DNA from: an uncultured virus (IMG/VR IMGVR_UViG_3300020325_000015)
Lineage: Duplodnaviria > Heunggongvirae > Uroviricota > Caudoviricetes
Length of the DNA stretch: 20,000 bases
Reading direction: 5' to 3' (one strand)
Virus record (IMG/VR): IMGVR_UViG_3300020325_000015
Below the pieces are notes generated by a model that worked only from the letters and a program-made list of their open reading frames with translations, did not search any database and was not told the origin of the DNA. Each line of letters begins with the position of its first letter. The first letter of the stretch is position 1. A program made the position numbers and the translations under genes. Positions 1-7,882 of this stretch are shown piece by piece.

Positions 1-1
1 A

Positions 2-574
2 AAATGGAATATAGTCAACGACATCAAGGATAAACTTGAAAAGCAAAAGACTATTTCTAAATATCTTAAAAAAAGTATTACTGGTATTCTTAAAGATAGA
101 ATAAAGGTTAATGCTGATGGCACTAAAAGACCTATTAAAGGTATATGGAGTAATGAGGAACAAAAGAAAATAACGGGTGGTTTTGGATATATAACAAAAC
201 TATTTCCACATTGGTTTGATACATCTATTATCAATATGGTCGATGAAGAGGTTTATGAATATAGTTATGATAAATTAGGTGAGTATTTAGATAGCTGGTC
301 TAAAAAGTATTTACCTAAACATCATTTAATGTTAAAAATGTTTTTTGGTTTAGATGATGTTTATTCTAAGCCTAAAAAAATGATTGATATTGCTAATTAT
401 TTTGGTATAAAAGTTGAGAATGTTAGAAAACAAAAGCAGCGTATATTAGCTAAGTTAAAATCTAATGAGCTGGCTTTAAAAGAGTTAGCACACTTCGTTG
501 CTATACACGGAATAAAAAGCTCTTCACAAGTTCATTTATATGCTGAAAAACATTTAAAGATTTATCAAAATTAA
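2..574 (+). CDS. Phage-encoded sigma-70-like RNA polymerase sigma factor (5'-truncated by window edge)
   Basis: Frame is open from position 2 (KWNIVNDIK...) through the listed 236..574 ORF. ISKYLKKSITGILKDRIKVNADGTKRP resembles sigma region 2.3-2.4. LKMFFGLDDVYSKPKKMIDIANYFGIKVENVRKQKQRILAKLK matches the region 4 HTH pattern (LRFGLDD..TL.EIG..FGVTRERVRQI..KAL.KLR). Confidence 0.75.
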   Translation, partial: KWNIVNDIKDKLEKQKTISKYLKKSITGILKDRIKVNADGTKRPIKGIWSNEEQKKITGGFGYITKLFPHWFDTSIINMVDEEVYEYSYDKLGEYLDSWSKKYLPKHHLMLKMFFGLDDVYSKPKKMIDIANYFGIKVENVRKQKQRILAKLKSNELALKELAHFVAIHGIKSSSQVHLYAEKHLKIYQN

Positions 575-618
575 CGTCTCATAATACAAATTTTGTACTA
601 TATTAATTATGTACTCTT

Positions 619-954
619 ATGAATAAATTTAAAACTAAATACCAATTTTTACCGTCTACAATAGACGAGATGCAATATATAAAACGAGATAACTCTGAGT
701 CTATGCACAACGACCAGAACTTACATTTTAAAAATCCTAATTATACAGTTAGCCATGTAAAAGCTATCTCAGGGTCTAAATATTTAAATATTAAATCTAA
801 CCGTTTATCGGGCAAGGGAGTTAATAAAGAAAAAAATATATACAAAGACATTGAAGTTGATAAAAGTTCATTTTGTGTTTTTGGTAAATTACATGATATA
901 CAACATAAAAGATTATTTAAAAAGAATAATATTATTTATGATTTAATTTCATAA
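619..954 (+). CDS. Hypothetical protein (111 aa, basic)
   Basis: ORF with ATG start, co-oriented with neighbours and filling the gap; no recognisable motif. Confidence 0.65.
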   Translation: MNKFKTKYQFLPSTIDEMQYIKRDNSESMHNDQNLHFKNPNYTVSHVKAISGSKYLNIKSNRLSGKGVNKEKNIYKDIEVDKSSFCVFGKLHDIQHKRLFKKNNIIYDLIS

Positions 955-969
955 AATACGTTACAAACT

Positions 970-1104
970 ATGAAAGCTCTCGATAATATAAATAGCGAAA
1001 CTAATTATGTAATAGGTGATGGTATTATAACTTATTACAAAAATGGATTATATACCGGTTATAAAATAATTGAATCAAATGAATATAAGAGAAAAATTAA
1101 GTAA
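970..1104 (+). CDS. Small hypothetical protein (44 aa, MKALDNINSETNYVIGDGIITYYKNGLYTGYKIIESNEYKRKIK)
   Basis: Translated by hand and absent from the ORF track. It fills the gap between 954 and the ERF gene and overlaps the ERF start, like other gene pairs here. Confidence 0.5.
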   Translation: MKALDNINSETNYVIGDGIITYYKNGLYTGYKIIESNEYKRKIK

Positions 1105-1645
1105 AATACAATTTGAATTTAAAGCCAAAAAATCAAGATATAATTCTTTTGGCAAATACAACTTCAGGTCAGCTGAAGATATACTTGAAGCATTAAAACC
1201 ATTTAATGATAAGTATGACGTACATTTTACAGTTGAAGAAAATTTAACCACTGGTGAATTTCCTATAATACATTCAGCTGCTAGAATTATAGATAATAAA
1301 TCTGGTGATAAGATTTTAGCTACAGCAATAGTAGGTGTTGATTTACAAGCAAAAGGCCAACAAATGCCACAAAGATTTGGAAGTGCATCATCGTATGGTA
1401 AAAAATATGCACTTGGTAATCTGCTGTTAATTGATGATACAGCTGATTCTGACGCTACTAATCAACATAATTATTCTAATAAGGTACAAACATTAAAGAA
1501 TAAAATTAAAGCTTCTGAAAAGCCTTCTATTGATTCCAATAATTTAGCTCAAGCTAAAAAGTTTTTAGCAAATGGCGGATTAATGAAAACTCTTGAAGAC
1601 AAATATACAATTTCTGAAGATGTCAGAACACAATTGAGTGAATAA
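1079..1645 (+). CDS. erf: ERF-family single-strand annealing protein (recombinase)
   Basis: N-terminal KLSKIQFEFKAKKSRYNSFGKYNFRSAEDILEALKP and the Q..GSASSYGKKYALGNLLLIDDTADSD motif are typical of the ERF family. ATG at 1079 is preferred over TTG at 1070. Confidence 0.88.
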   Translation: MNIREKLSKIQFEFKAKKSRYNSFGKYNFRSAEDILEALKPFNDKYDVHFTVEENLTTGEFPIIHSAARIIDNKSGDKILATAIVGVDLQAKGQQMPQRFGSASSYGKKYALGNLLLIDDTADSDATNQHNYSNKVQTLKNKIKASEKPSIDSNNLAQAKKFLANGGLMKTLEDKYTISEDVRTQLSE

Positions 1646-2369
1646 AAAAGAAATACTTGAAAGGTTAAAAGATGATGAACATTATTATGGCGATTTTGGT
1701 AAAAAGTTTTTATCAAATAGTGATATTAATGCTTTAATTAACAATCCTATTAACTTTAAAAAAGAAACAAAACCCAGTACAGCATTAGTTATTGGAGGAT
1801 ATTTTCACACATGTATATTAGAACCTAATAAATTAGATAAGTATAAAATTATACCAACAACCAGCAGAAATACAAAACTATATAAAGAATTATCTGATGG
1901 TGATATTTGTTTATTAGAAAAAGAAGCAGATGAAATTGCGTTAATGCGTGATAAAGTTTTAAGTATTGATTTATTTAAAGAATTAATACAAGAAGGAAAG
2001 GTTGAATATGAACAACCCGGAATAGTTGAATTAGAATCTTTACTATGGAAAGGTAAAGCGGATATTGTAAATCATAGTCAACAATTATTAGTTGATTTAA
2101 AAACTACAAGTAATATCTCTTCTTTTCATAGTTCAGCTTACAAGTTTAACTATGACAGCCAAGCATATATTTATAGTAAAATGTTTGGATATGAGTTAGT
2201 ATTTATTGTAATAGATAAATCAACTCATCAATTAGGTCTGTTTGATTGTAGCGAGGATTTTTTACAATCAGGACAGAATAAAGTGGCTAAGGCAGTACAA
2301 GCTTATAACGAATTTTTTGTTGATAGTGGTGTTGACCTTAACCAATATTTTTTAACTAAAACACTTTAA
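1638..2369 (+). CDS. PD-(D/E)XK exonuclease, RecE/exonuclease VIII-like (DUF3799-type)
   Basis: Motifs YY...LSNS, G..FH..ILEP, KGKADIV, VDLKTT and YDSQAYIY. Adjacent to erf, giving the usual exonuclease-annealase pair. Confidence 0.85.
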   Translation: MNKKEILERLKDDEHYYGDFGKKFLSNSDINALINNPINFKKETKPSTALVIGGYFHTCILEPNKLDKYKIIPTTSRNTKLYKELSDGDICLLEKEADEIALMRDKVLSIDLFKELIQEGKVEYEQPGIVELESLLWKGKADIVNHSQQLLVDLKTTSNISSFHSSAYKFNYDSQAYIYSKMFGYELVFIVIDKSTHQLGLFDCSEDFLQSGQNKVAKAVQAYNEFFVDSGVDLNQYFLTKTL

Positions 2370-2378
2370 TTTAATTTT

Positions 2379-2546
2379 ATGGCAAGAACTAGAAAAAGAA
2401 CTTGTGATGTAACAGGAGTCACGACGAGTATGAATAATTTTTATACTAATCAATCTCATGTAAAAGCTGTAGATAATATAAGAAGAACTACTGGAGCTAG
2501 TAAAACGCAGCTTAGAAGAATGTTTAATCAAATATCTACATATTAA
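2379..2546 (+). CDS. Small basic hypothetical protein (55 aa, MARTRKRTCDVTGVTTSMNNFYTNQSHVKAVDNIRRTTGASKTQLRRMFNQISTY)
   Basis: Translated by hand. It fills the gap between the nuclease stop (2369) and the SSB start (2548) almost exactly. Confidence 0.7.
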   Translation: MARTRKRTCDVTGVTTSMNNFYTNQSHVKAVDNIRRTTGASKTQLRRMFNQISTY

Positions 2547-2547
2547 T

Positions 2548-2868
2548 ATGGCAAGTATTATATCTGGTAATATAAATTTATCTAAAATAAATAAAGATAA
2601 AATTTATGAAGGCAAAAAGGGTAAATACTATCCAGTTACCGTCGTTATAAATAACGAGGTTGGTGAATATGGTGATTCAGGCTATATAATGACTGAACAA
2701 ACTAAAGATGAAAGAGATGCAAGTATACCTAAGGAATATTTAGGTAACGTTAAAGTCATATGGACAGACGGCCAAAATGTTGATACAACTAATAAAAATG
2801 TTGCATCACCGGCACCTGCTGCAAATACTTTTGAGTCTAAGTCTAACGAACCAGATTTACCATTCTAA
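2548..2868 (+). CDS. ssb: Single-stranded DNA-binding protein (phage/Bacteroidetes type)
   Basis: Small beta-rich domain, a Pro/Ala linker and an acidic C-terminal EPDLPF tail. Lies between recombination genes and the primase-helicase. Confidence 0.75.
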   Translation: MASIISGNINLSKINKDKIYEGKKGKYYPVTVVINNEVGEYGDSGYIMTEQTKDERDASIPKEYLGNVKVIWTDGQNVDTTNKNVASPAPAANTFESKSNEPDLPF

Positions 2869-4577
2869 TGAACAAAACCGAGATTAATGGTTTTCAGATT
2901 GATACATTCAATCAATATAAATTAGAGGTTGGCAAGCGAGAGGGTATATGCCCTCTTTGCTCTGCTAATCGTAAACCACAAAATCGTAAAGCTAAATGTG
3001 CTATGTACGATTGGGATAGAGGTCTTGGTACATGTATGAATTGTAATGAAGTATTTCAATTACATACGTTCAAAAGAAAAGGTGGTAACGATAAAGTTTA
3101 TACTAAGCCTAAAACAATAGCCAATCCACTTTTAAGTAATAAAGTAATTAAGTGGTTTGAGAGTAGAGGTATATCAAATAATACTTTAGTAAAGATGAAA
3201 ATTACTGAAGGTAAAGAATGGATGCCTCAAACTGGAAAAGAAGAGAATACAATACAATTCAATTACTTTATTAACAATGAATTAATTAACATAAAGTATA
3301 GAGATGGTAAGAAAAATTTTAAACTGGTTAAAGGAGCCGAAAAGATCTTCTACAATATTGATTCTACTATTGGTCACGAGTATGTGGTTATTGTGGAAGG
3401 AGAGATTGATGCTTTATCTCTTGTTGAGGTGGGCGTCAAATCTGTCATTAGTGTACCAAACGGAGCTACAGTTAGCAACAATAACCTTGACTACTTGGAC
3501 AGCTGCATCGATTATCTCGATGGAAAAGAAAAAATCATTATCGCAGTTGATCAAGATGAGGCAGGAGAAAATCTTAAGCAAGAACTTATTCGGAGACTCG
3601 GAGCTGAGGCGTGTTATACGGTGGACTTCGGAATTCACAAAGACGCTAATGATTTTCTGTTACACAACAGCAGCGCTAAGCTCAATGATGTTATTAAAAA
3701 CGCTAGCCCTGTTCCTATTGAAAACGTAGTAACGTTAAATGATATTGATGATGAGCTGCAGGAATTTATTCATGAAGGATTCAAACCTGGTTATCAAATT
3801 GGTCTTGATAATTTTGATAATATATTTTCAACTTATACAGGTCAGTTTATTACAGTAACAGGTGTACCAAGTTCAGGTAAATCTGATTTTGTAGATAGAA
3901 TGATTGTTGGTTATCAACAAAAGTATGGCTGGAAAACAGCATTTGCATCTCCAGAAAATAAACCTACATTCTTACATGCACATAAGCTAATGCGTAAGAT
4001 TGGTAATTGGATGCCAAATAAAACTGATATAGGTTCAGATAAATGGAATGAAGTTGCAAATATTGTAAATGATAATTTCTTTTTCATTGAAAATGAAAGA
4101 TATGATTTAGATTCTGTATTGAATAAAGGAGCGCAGCTCGTTAAAAGAAAAGGTATTAAATGTTTAGTTATAGATCCATATAATAAAATTAAAATGAATG
4201 GAGCTGCTAGCATGAGTATACCTGATGCAACTATGGAATATTTAACTCGTATAGAAGCATTTGCTAAAAAGTTTGATGTACTTGTTATTGTAGTTGCACA
4301 CCCAACTAAAATGTATAAAAAAGAAGATGGTACAATTGATGAACCAAATATGTACAACATTAAAGGTGGCGGTGAATGGTATGATGCTTCATATCATGGC
4401 TTACTTGTTCATCGCGATTATAATAAAAAAACCGTCAAAGTTAAGGTGCTTAAAGTAAAGTTTCAAAACTTAGGTGAAAACCAAGCTGAAGCTCATTTTA
4501 AATGGGATCATATTAGTGGAAACTATATACCTGTATTTGATGTATCAAATGATATTATGCCATGGGAAGCGGATTAA
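2868..4577 (+). CDS. Bifunctional primase-helicase (T7 gp4/Twinkle-like, SF4 helicase)
   Basis: Zn finger CPLC...CMNC; TOPRIM VIVEGEIDALS and DQDEAG, KDAND; Walker A TGVPSSGKS; Walker B LVIDPYN; VAHPTK; NIKGGG. Confidence 0.93.
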   Translation: MNKTEINGFQIDTFNQYKLEVGKREGICPLCSANRKPQNRKAKCAMYDWDRGLGTCMNCNEVFQLHTFKRKGGNDKVYTKPKTIANPLLSNKVIKWFESRGISNNTLVKMKITEGKEWMPQTGKEENTIQFNYFINNELINIKYRDGKKNFKLVKGAEKIFYNIDSTIGHEYVVIVEGEIDALSLVEVGVKSVISVPNGATVSNNNLDYLDSCIDYLDGKEKIIIAVDQDEAGENLKQELIRRLGAEACYTVDFGIHKDANDFLLHNSSAKLNDVIKNASPVPIENVVTLNDIDDELQEFIHEGFKPGYQIGLDNFDNIFSTYTGQFITVTGVPSSGKSDFVDRMIVGYQQKYGWKTAFASPENKPTFLHAHKLMRKIGNWMPNKTDIGSDKWNEVANIVNDNFFFIENERYDLDSVLNKGAQLVKRKGIKCLVIDPYNKIKMNGAASMSIPDATMEYLTRIEAFAKKFDVLVIVVAHPTKMYKKEDGTIDEPNMYNIKGGGEWYDASYHGLLVHRDYNKKTVKVKVLKVKFQNLGENQAEAHFKWDHISGNYIPVFDVSNDIMPWEAD

Positions 4578-4855
4578 CAGGTTCTAAAAAGAAAGATGCA
4601 TATAAAATGCCACCGCATAATGCATCTAATGAACAAATGAAATGGCAAAAATATTGTATAGATAATAATATAAGAATATCACCTTATGGTATTAATAATG
4701 AACCGGGTAAATGGAAAATAGCAATTGCATTAGGCTCATATAAAAAAGGTGAAAAAATATATTATGCGCCAAATGTATATGATAAATATTCTATTTGGTC
4801 TGAATATTATGAAATGTGTAAATACTATTATGATAAACATACAAGACGAATATAG
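4562..4855 (+). CDS. Hypothetical protein (97 aa)
   Basis: ORF overlaps both neighbours in typical phage packing; aromatic-rich C-terminus; no motif recognised. Confidence 0.7.
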   Translation: MGSGLTGSKKKDAYKMPPHNASNEQMKWQKYCIDNNIRISPYGINNEPGKWKIAIALGSYKKGEKIYYAPNVYDKYSIWSEYYEMCKYYYDKHTRRI

Positions 4856-5645
4856 AAGCTTATTAGCTGGTGTATTATATAACGGTAAAGATAAGGAAGA
4901 TCGAACAGGTACTGGTACTAGATCAGTATTTGGTAGAATGATAAAACACGATATGGCCTTAGGCTTTCCACTATTAACAACTAAAAAAATATATTTTAAA
5001 CATGCAGTTACGGAATTATTATGGATTCTTCAAGGCCGTACTGATATGCATTACTTGCAGTCAAACGGTGTTAATTACTGGAATCCTGATTATGAAAGAT
5101 CAGGTAGATCTGATGGTACGCTTGGTCCTGTTTACGGCAAGCAGCTTAGGGACTTCAATGGCGTTGATCAGCTTAAAAGAATACTCATCCAAATTAAAAA
5201 CAACCCAAGCTCGCGGCGCATTATGGCAAGCTTATGGAATCCCAACGATTTGGCTGATATGGTGTTGCCACCTTGCCACTATGGCTTTCAAGTATATATA
5301 AATGATGGCAAACTTAATCTTATGTGGCAGCAACGATCAGTTGATGTATTTCTTGGTTTACCTTATGATATTGCAATGTACGGTTTATTACTTCAGTTGT
5401 TGGCTGAAGGATCTGAATATGCTAAAGGCCAACTTATCGGTTGCTTTGGTGATTGTCATTTGTATAATAACCATATTGATCAAGCCAAACAACAATTGGA
5501 TAATGATTTTAGGGAATTGGCTAGGGTTGATTCTTCTTGTGGAATTAGTATTATTAATGAAGAAGTAATATTACCTGAAGCAAATATGATTAAATTAATA
5601 AACTATAATCCTCATCCACCAATTAAAGCAAAATTAAATACTTAA
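4830..5645 (+). CDS. thyA: Thymidylate synthase (ThyA) family protein with Asn->Asp at the specificity site; possible dCMP methylase or hydroxymethylase
   Basis: DRTGTGT, FPLLTTKK, ELLW, GPVYG.Q, SRR, catalytic LPPCH, QRSVDVFLGLPYDIAMY and HLY. ATG at 4830 (MINIQDEY) gives a normal ThyA length of 271 aa. Confidence 0.92.
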   Translation: MINIQDEYRSLLAGVLYNGKDKEDRTGTGTRSVFGRMIKHDMALGFPLLTTKKIYFKHAVTELLWILQGRTDMHYLQSNGVNYWNPDYERSGRSDGTLGPVYGKQLRDFNGVDQLKRILIQIKNNPSSRRIMASLWNPNDLADMVLPPCHYGFQVYINDGKLNLMWQQRSVDVFLGLPYDIAMYGLLLQLLAEGSEYAKGQLIGCFGDCHLYNNHIDQAKQQLDNDFRELARVDSSCGISIINEEVILPEANMIKLINYNPHPPIKAKLNT

Positions 5646-5647
5646 AT

Positions 5648-5977
5648 ATGAAAAAACTATTATTACTATTACTATTACCAATATTTGCATATTCGCAAAT
5701 GGAACAAATATTATCAAGGCCTATATTTTTACATGATGGCACTGAAGCTACACTAATAAGTTCTGATTTACCTTATGGTACTATAATACAAACAGGAGTT
5801 ATTATAGATAGAATAAATGCACCTGATGATATAAGTGCTATAAATGATTATAACTTTTATAGAGATGAATCTTATTTTAATTGGAATTCATTATTCAGTA
5901 ATGAAATTGGTAAAGGTGTAATAAAAACTAGAAGTGGACAATATTATTTAATTAACTTATATGGAGACAATTATTAA
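5648..5977 (+). CDS. Secreted/periplasmic hypothetical protein with Sec signal peptide
   Basis: MKKLLLLLLLPIFAYS|Q: basic N-region, Leu-rich H-region, A-x-S cleavage site and Gln at +1. Confidence 0.75.
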   Translation: MKKLLLLLLLPIFAYSQMEQILSRPIFLHDGTEATLISSDLPYGTIIQTGVIIDRINAPDDISAINDYNFYRDESYFNWNSLFSNEIGKGVIKTRSGQYYLINLYGDNY

Positions 5978-6725
5978 AAGCGGTAAATATAAAATATATC
6001 ATATACCAGGAGTTAAGATTGGTTGTACAACTAATGTTAAAAAACGTGTTGAAGAAGAGCAAGGTTATAAACCTGGTGAATACGATATACTGTATGAAAC
6101 AGATGATATAGTAGAAGCTTCTGAAGCTGAAAGAAATTTGCAAAAAGAACTTAAATATAAACCAGATATTAAATTATATAAAGATTTATTCCGTAAAAAA
6201 ATGAATAAGCATAGCTCATCACAAGCAACAACAACATTTAAAATATCACCTAATGATATTAATGCTGAATACTTAAGAGGTATTACACTAGAATTACCTG
6301 AAGGTACATTTGAATTAAATAATGAAGATTATATTGATTGGATATTAACTAATGTACATGCAAGCCAGTTTGGGCCCGGTACGTGTTATATTTACAATAA
6401 AGCTTTTACTAAAGCATTTAAACCTAATGGCACATCAGCATTTAATAAAATAAGAGATTGGGCTAAAGATCGTAACCTTTATCAAAAAGGTGATAGCAAG
6501 ACTCAATATGTTAAATTAATGGAAGAAGCAGGAGAACTTGCACAAGCATTATTAAAACAAGATAAAGCTGAAATAAAAGATGCTATTGGCGATATGGTAA
6601 TAGTACTTGCTAATCTTTCAGAGCTTGAAGGATTTAAGATTGAGGATTGCATTAACGATTCATTCAATGTAATATCAAATAGAACAGGTAAAATGGTTAA
6701 CGGAACATTCGTAAAAGATGAGTAA
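5961..6725 (+). CDS. Fusion of N-terminal GIY-YIG-like nuclease domain and C-terminal MazG-like NTP pyrophosphohydrolase
   Basis: N-terminus: KIYHIPGVKIGCTTNVKKR...EAE, matching GIY/YIG/R/E spacing. C-terminus: IRDWAKDRNL...KLMEEAGELAQALLK..KAEIKDAIGDMVIVL, matching the MazG EExxE...DxxxD pattern. Confidence 0.82.
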   Translation: METIIKSGKYKIYHIPGVKIGCTTNVKKRVEEEQGYKPGEYDILYETDDIVEASEAERNLQKELKYKPDIKLYKDLFRKKMNKHSSSQATTTFKISPNDINAEYLRGITLELPEGTFELNNEDYIDWILTNVHASQFGPGTCYIYNKAFTKAFKPNGTSAFNKIRDWAKDRNLYQKGDSKTQYVKLMEEAGELAQALLKQDKAEIKDAIGDMVIVLANLSELEGFKIEDCINDSFNVISNRTGKMVNGTFVKDE

Positions 6726-6969
6726 AATAAACGATAAAATAATTAATCGCGTAATTGATAAGATTCAAAAGCGTGCTGAAGCAGGTTATAAAAAGTATGG
6801 TGTTGGTTTAGATAAAGACGAACAATCACTTGATACTTGGCTTAATCATTTACAAGAAGAACTTATGGATGCTGCTAACTATATTGAAAAAATTAGAGCT
6901 GTATTAATTGAAGAAGATAAAAAGATAAGTAAATATCCTGAGTCTAGCTGGACACAGAGCACTACATGA
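6718..6969 (+). CDS. Small all-alpha NTP pyrophosphohydrolase (MazG-like) protein
   Basis: R...G.KKYG..LD......WL.HLQEELMDAANY motif, a helical EExxD pattern of phage MazG-like proteins. Confidence 0.6.
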   Translation: MSKINDKIINRVIDKIQKRAEAGYKKYGVGLDKDEQSLDTWLNHLQEELMDAANYIEKIRAVLIEEDKKISKYPESSWTQSTT

Positions 6970-7418
6970 GAAGAAGTAAAAAGAGAGGCCCTGTACAAGC
7001 TAAAAAAATATCTTATGATGGGATTAAGTTTGCATCGGGCCTTGAAAGATATACTTACATAGCTTTAAAAAAAAATAAATTGTTTGAAGGATATGAAAGC
7101 GAAACATTTGAATTAATAAATTCATTTCAATTTCCTAATACAAGTTATGAAAAGCAAGCTAATGGTAAAGGAGAATATATAAATAGAGGTACTAAAAAAA
7201 TATTAGGTATAAAATATACACCTGATTTTATTGGTAAAGATTATATAATAGAATGTAAAGGAAGACCAAACGAATCTTTTCCTTTGCGCTGGAAATTATT
7301 TAAATTATGGCTCACGAAAAACAATATTGGAAAGATACTTTACAAGCCGCAAAATCAGAAGGAAGTGGATTTGACGATAACATTGATCAAAGAATCGAGA
7401 AAAAGAAAGCGCGGTTAA
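6966..7418 (+). CDS. T7 endonuclease I-like Holliday junction resolvase (PD-(D/E)XK)
   Basis: FASGLE, KYTPDF and IIECKG match T7 gp3-like endonucleases. Confidence 0.8.
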   Translation: MRRSKKRGPVQAKKISYDGIKFASGLERYTYIALKKNKLFEGYESETFELINSFQFPNTSYEKQANGKGEYINRGTKKILGIKYTPDFIGKDYIIECKGRPNESFPLRWKLFKLWLTKNNIGKILYKPQNQKEVDLTITLIKESRKRKRG

Positions 7419-7540
7419 TGTACACTAAAAGATTATTAGAAAAAGAAATTAAAAAATTACTTAAAAATAAAATTATTAAATATGGAGAAATTGTTAGATT
7501 GCACAGAAAATACGGCGTTCAGTCTACAGGAACACTATAG
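7418..7540 (+). CDS. Small basic hypothetical protein (40 aa)
   Basis: ATG overlaps the resolvase stop (TAATG). This is the 3' part of listed ORF 7307..7540. Confidence 0.4.
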   Translation: MYTKRLLEKEIKKLLKNKIIKYGEIVRLHRKYGVQSTGTL

Positions 7541-7610
7541 CGAAAGAATATCTTTCCATATGAAAATGTTAAATTATTATTTAAATGAAAATAGCAGGGT
7601 GGGAAGTTAG
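7482..7610 (+). CDS. Possible small hypothetical protein (42 aa, MEKLLDCTENTAFSLQEHYSERISFHMKMLNYYLNENSRVGS)
   Basis: Translated by hand; A-rich leader (attaaatATG); overlaps both neighbours, so uncertain. Confidence 0.35.
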   Translation: MEKLLDCTENTAFSLQEHYSERISFHMKMLNYYLNENSRVGS

Positions 7611-7728
7611 TTTAGGTTTATATCCAGGTATTGTTATAGGTGTAAGAAGCTATCCGGAAAAAGATTTTATAGAGCATGTATTTTATTTACCACTTATAGA
7701 ACTATGTATAACAGTGCATTATGAATGA
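7585..7728 (+). CDS. Small hypothetical protein (47 aa, MKIAGWEVSLGLYPGIVIGVRSYPEKDFIEHVFYLPLIELCITVHYE)
   Basis: Translated by hand; protein-like beta/hydrophobic pattern; stop overlaps the next ATG (ATGAATGA). Confidence 0.65.
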   Translation: MKIAGWEVSLGLYPGIVIGVRSYPEKDFIEHVFYLPLIELCITVHYE

Positions 7729-7882
7729 AGAAGCTTTAGAAGCATACGCTAGGAAACGGTATCCTAGAATATTTAAAAATAAACCTGTTATTATAACAGA
7801 GGAAGAAAATTTTATTACAATTAAATATAACAAGGACTCAAGTCCTATAATACTTAGTAAAGATGTACAAACAATTATATGA
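7721..7882 (+). CDS. Small hypothetical protein (53 aa, MNEEALEAYARKRYPRIFKNKPVIITEEENFITIKYNKDSSPIILSKDVQTII)
   Basis: Translated by hand; coupled to the previous and next ORFs by short overlaps. Confidence 0.6.
   Translation: MNEEALEAYARKRYPRIFKNKPVIITEEENFITIKYNKDSSPIILSKDVQTII

Noticed and set aside
4749..4829. N-terminal extension of the TS from GTG at 4749
   Set aside because: It overlaps the upstream ORF extensively, and ThyA similarity begins only near the ATG at 4830.
7307..7417. 5' part of ORF 7307..7540
   Set aside because: It lies inside the resolvase gene; the TAATG-coupled start at 7418 is more plausible.
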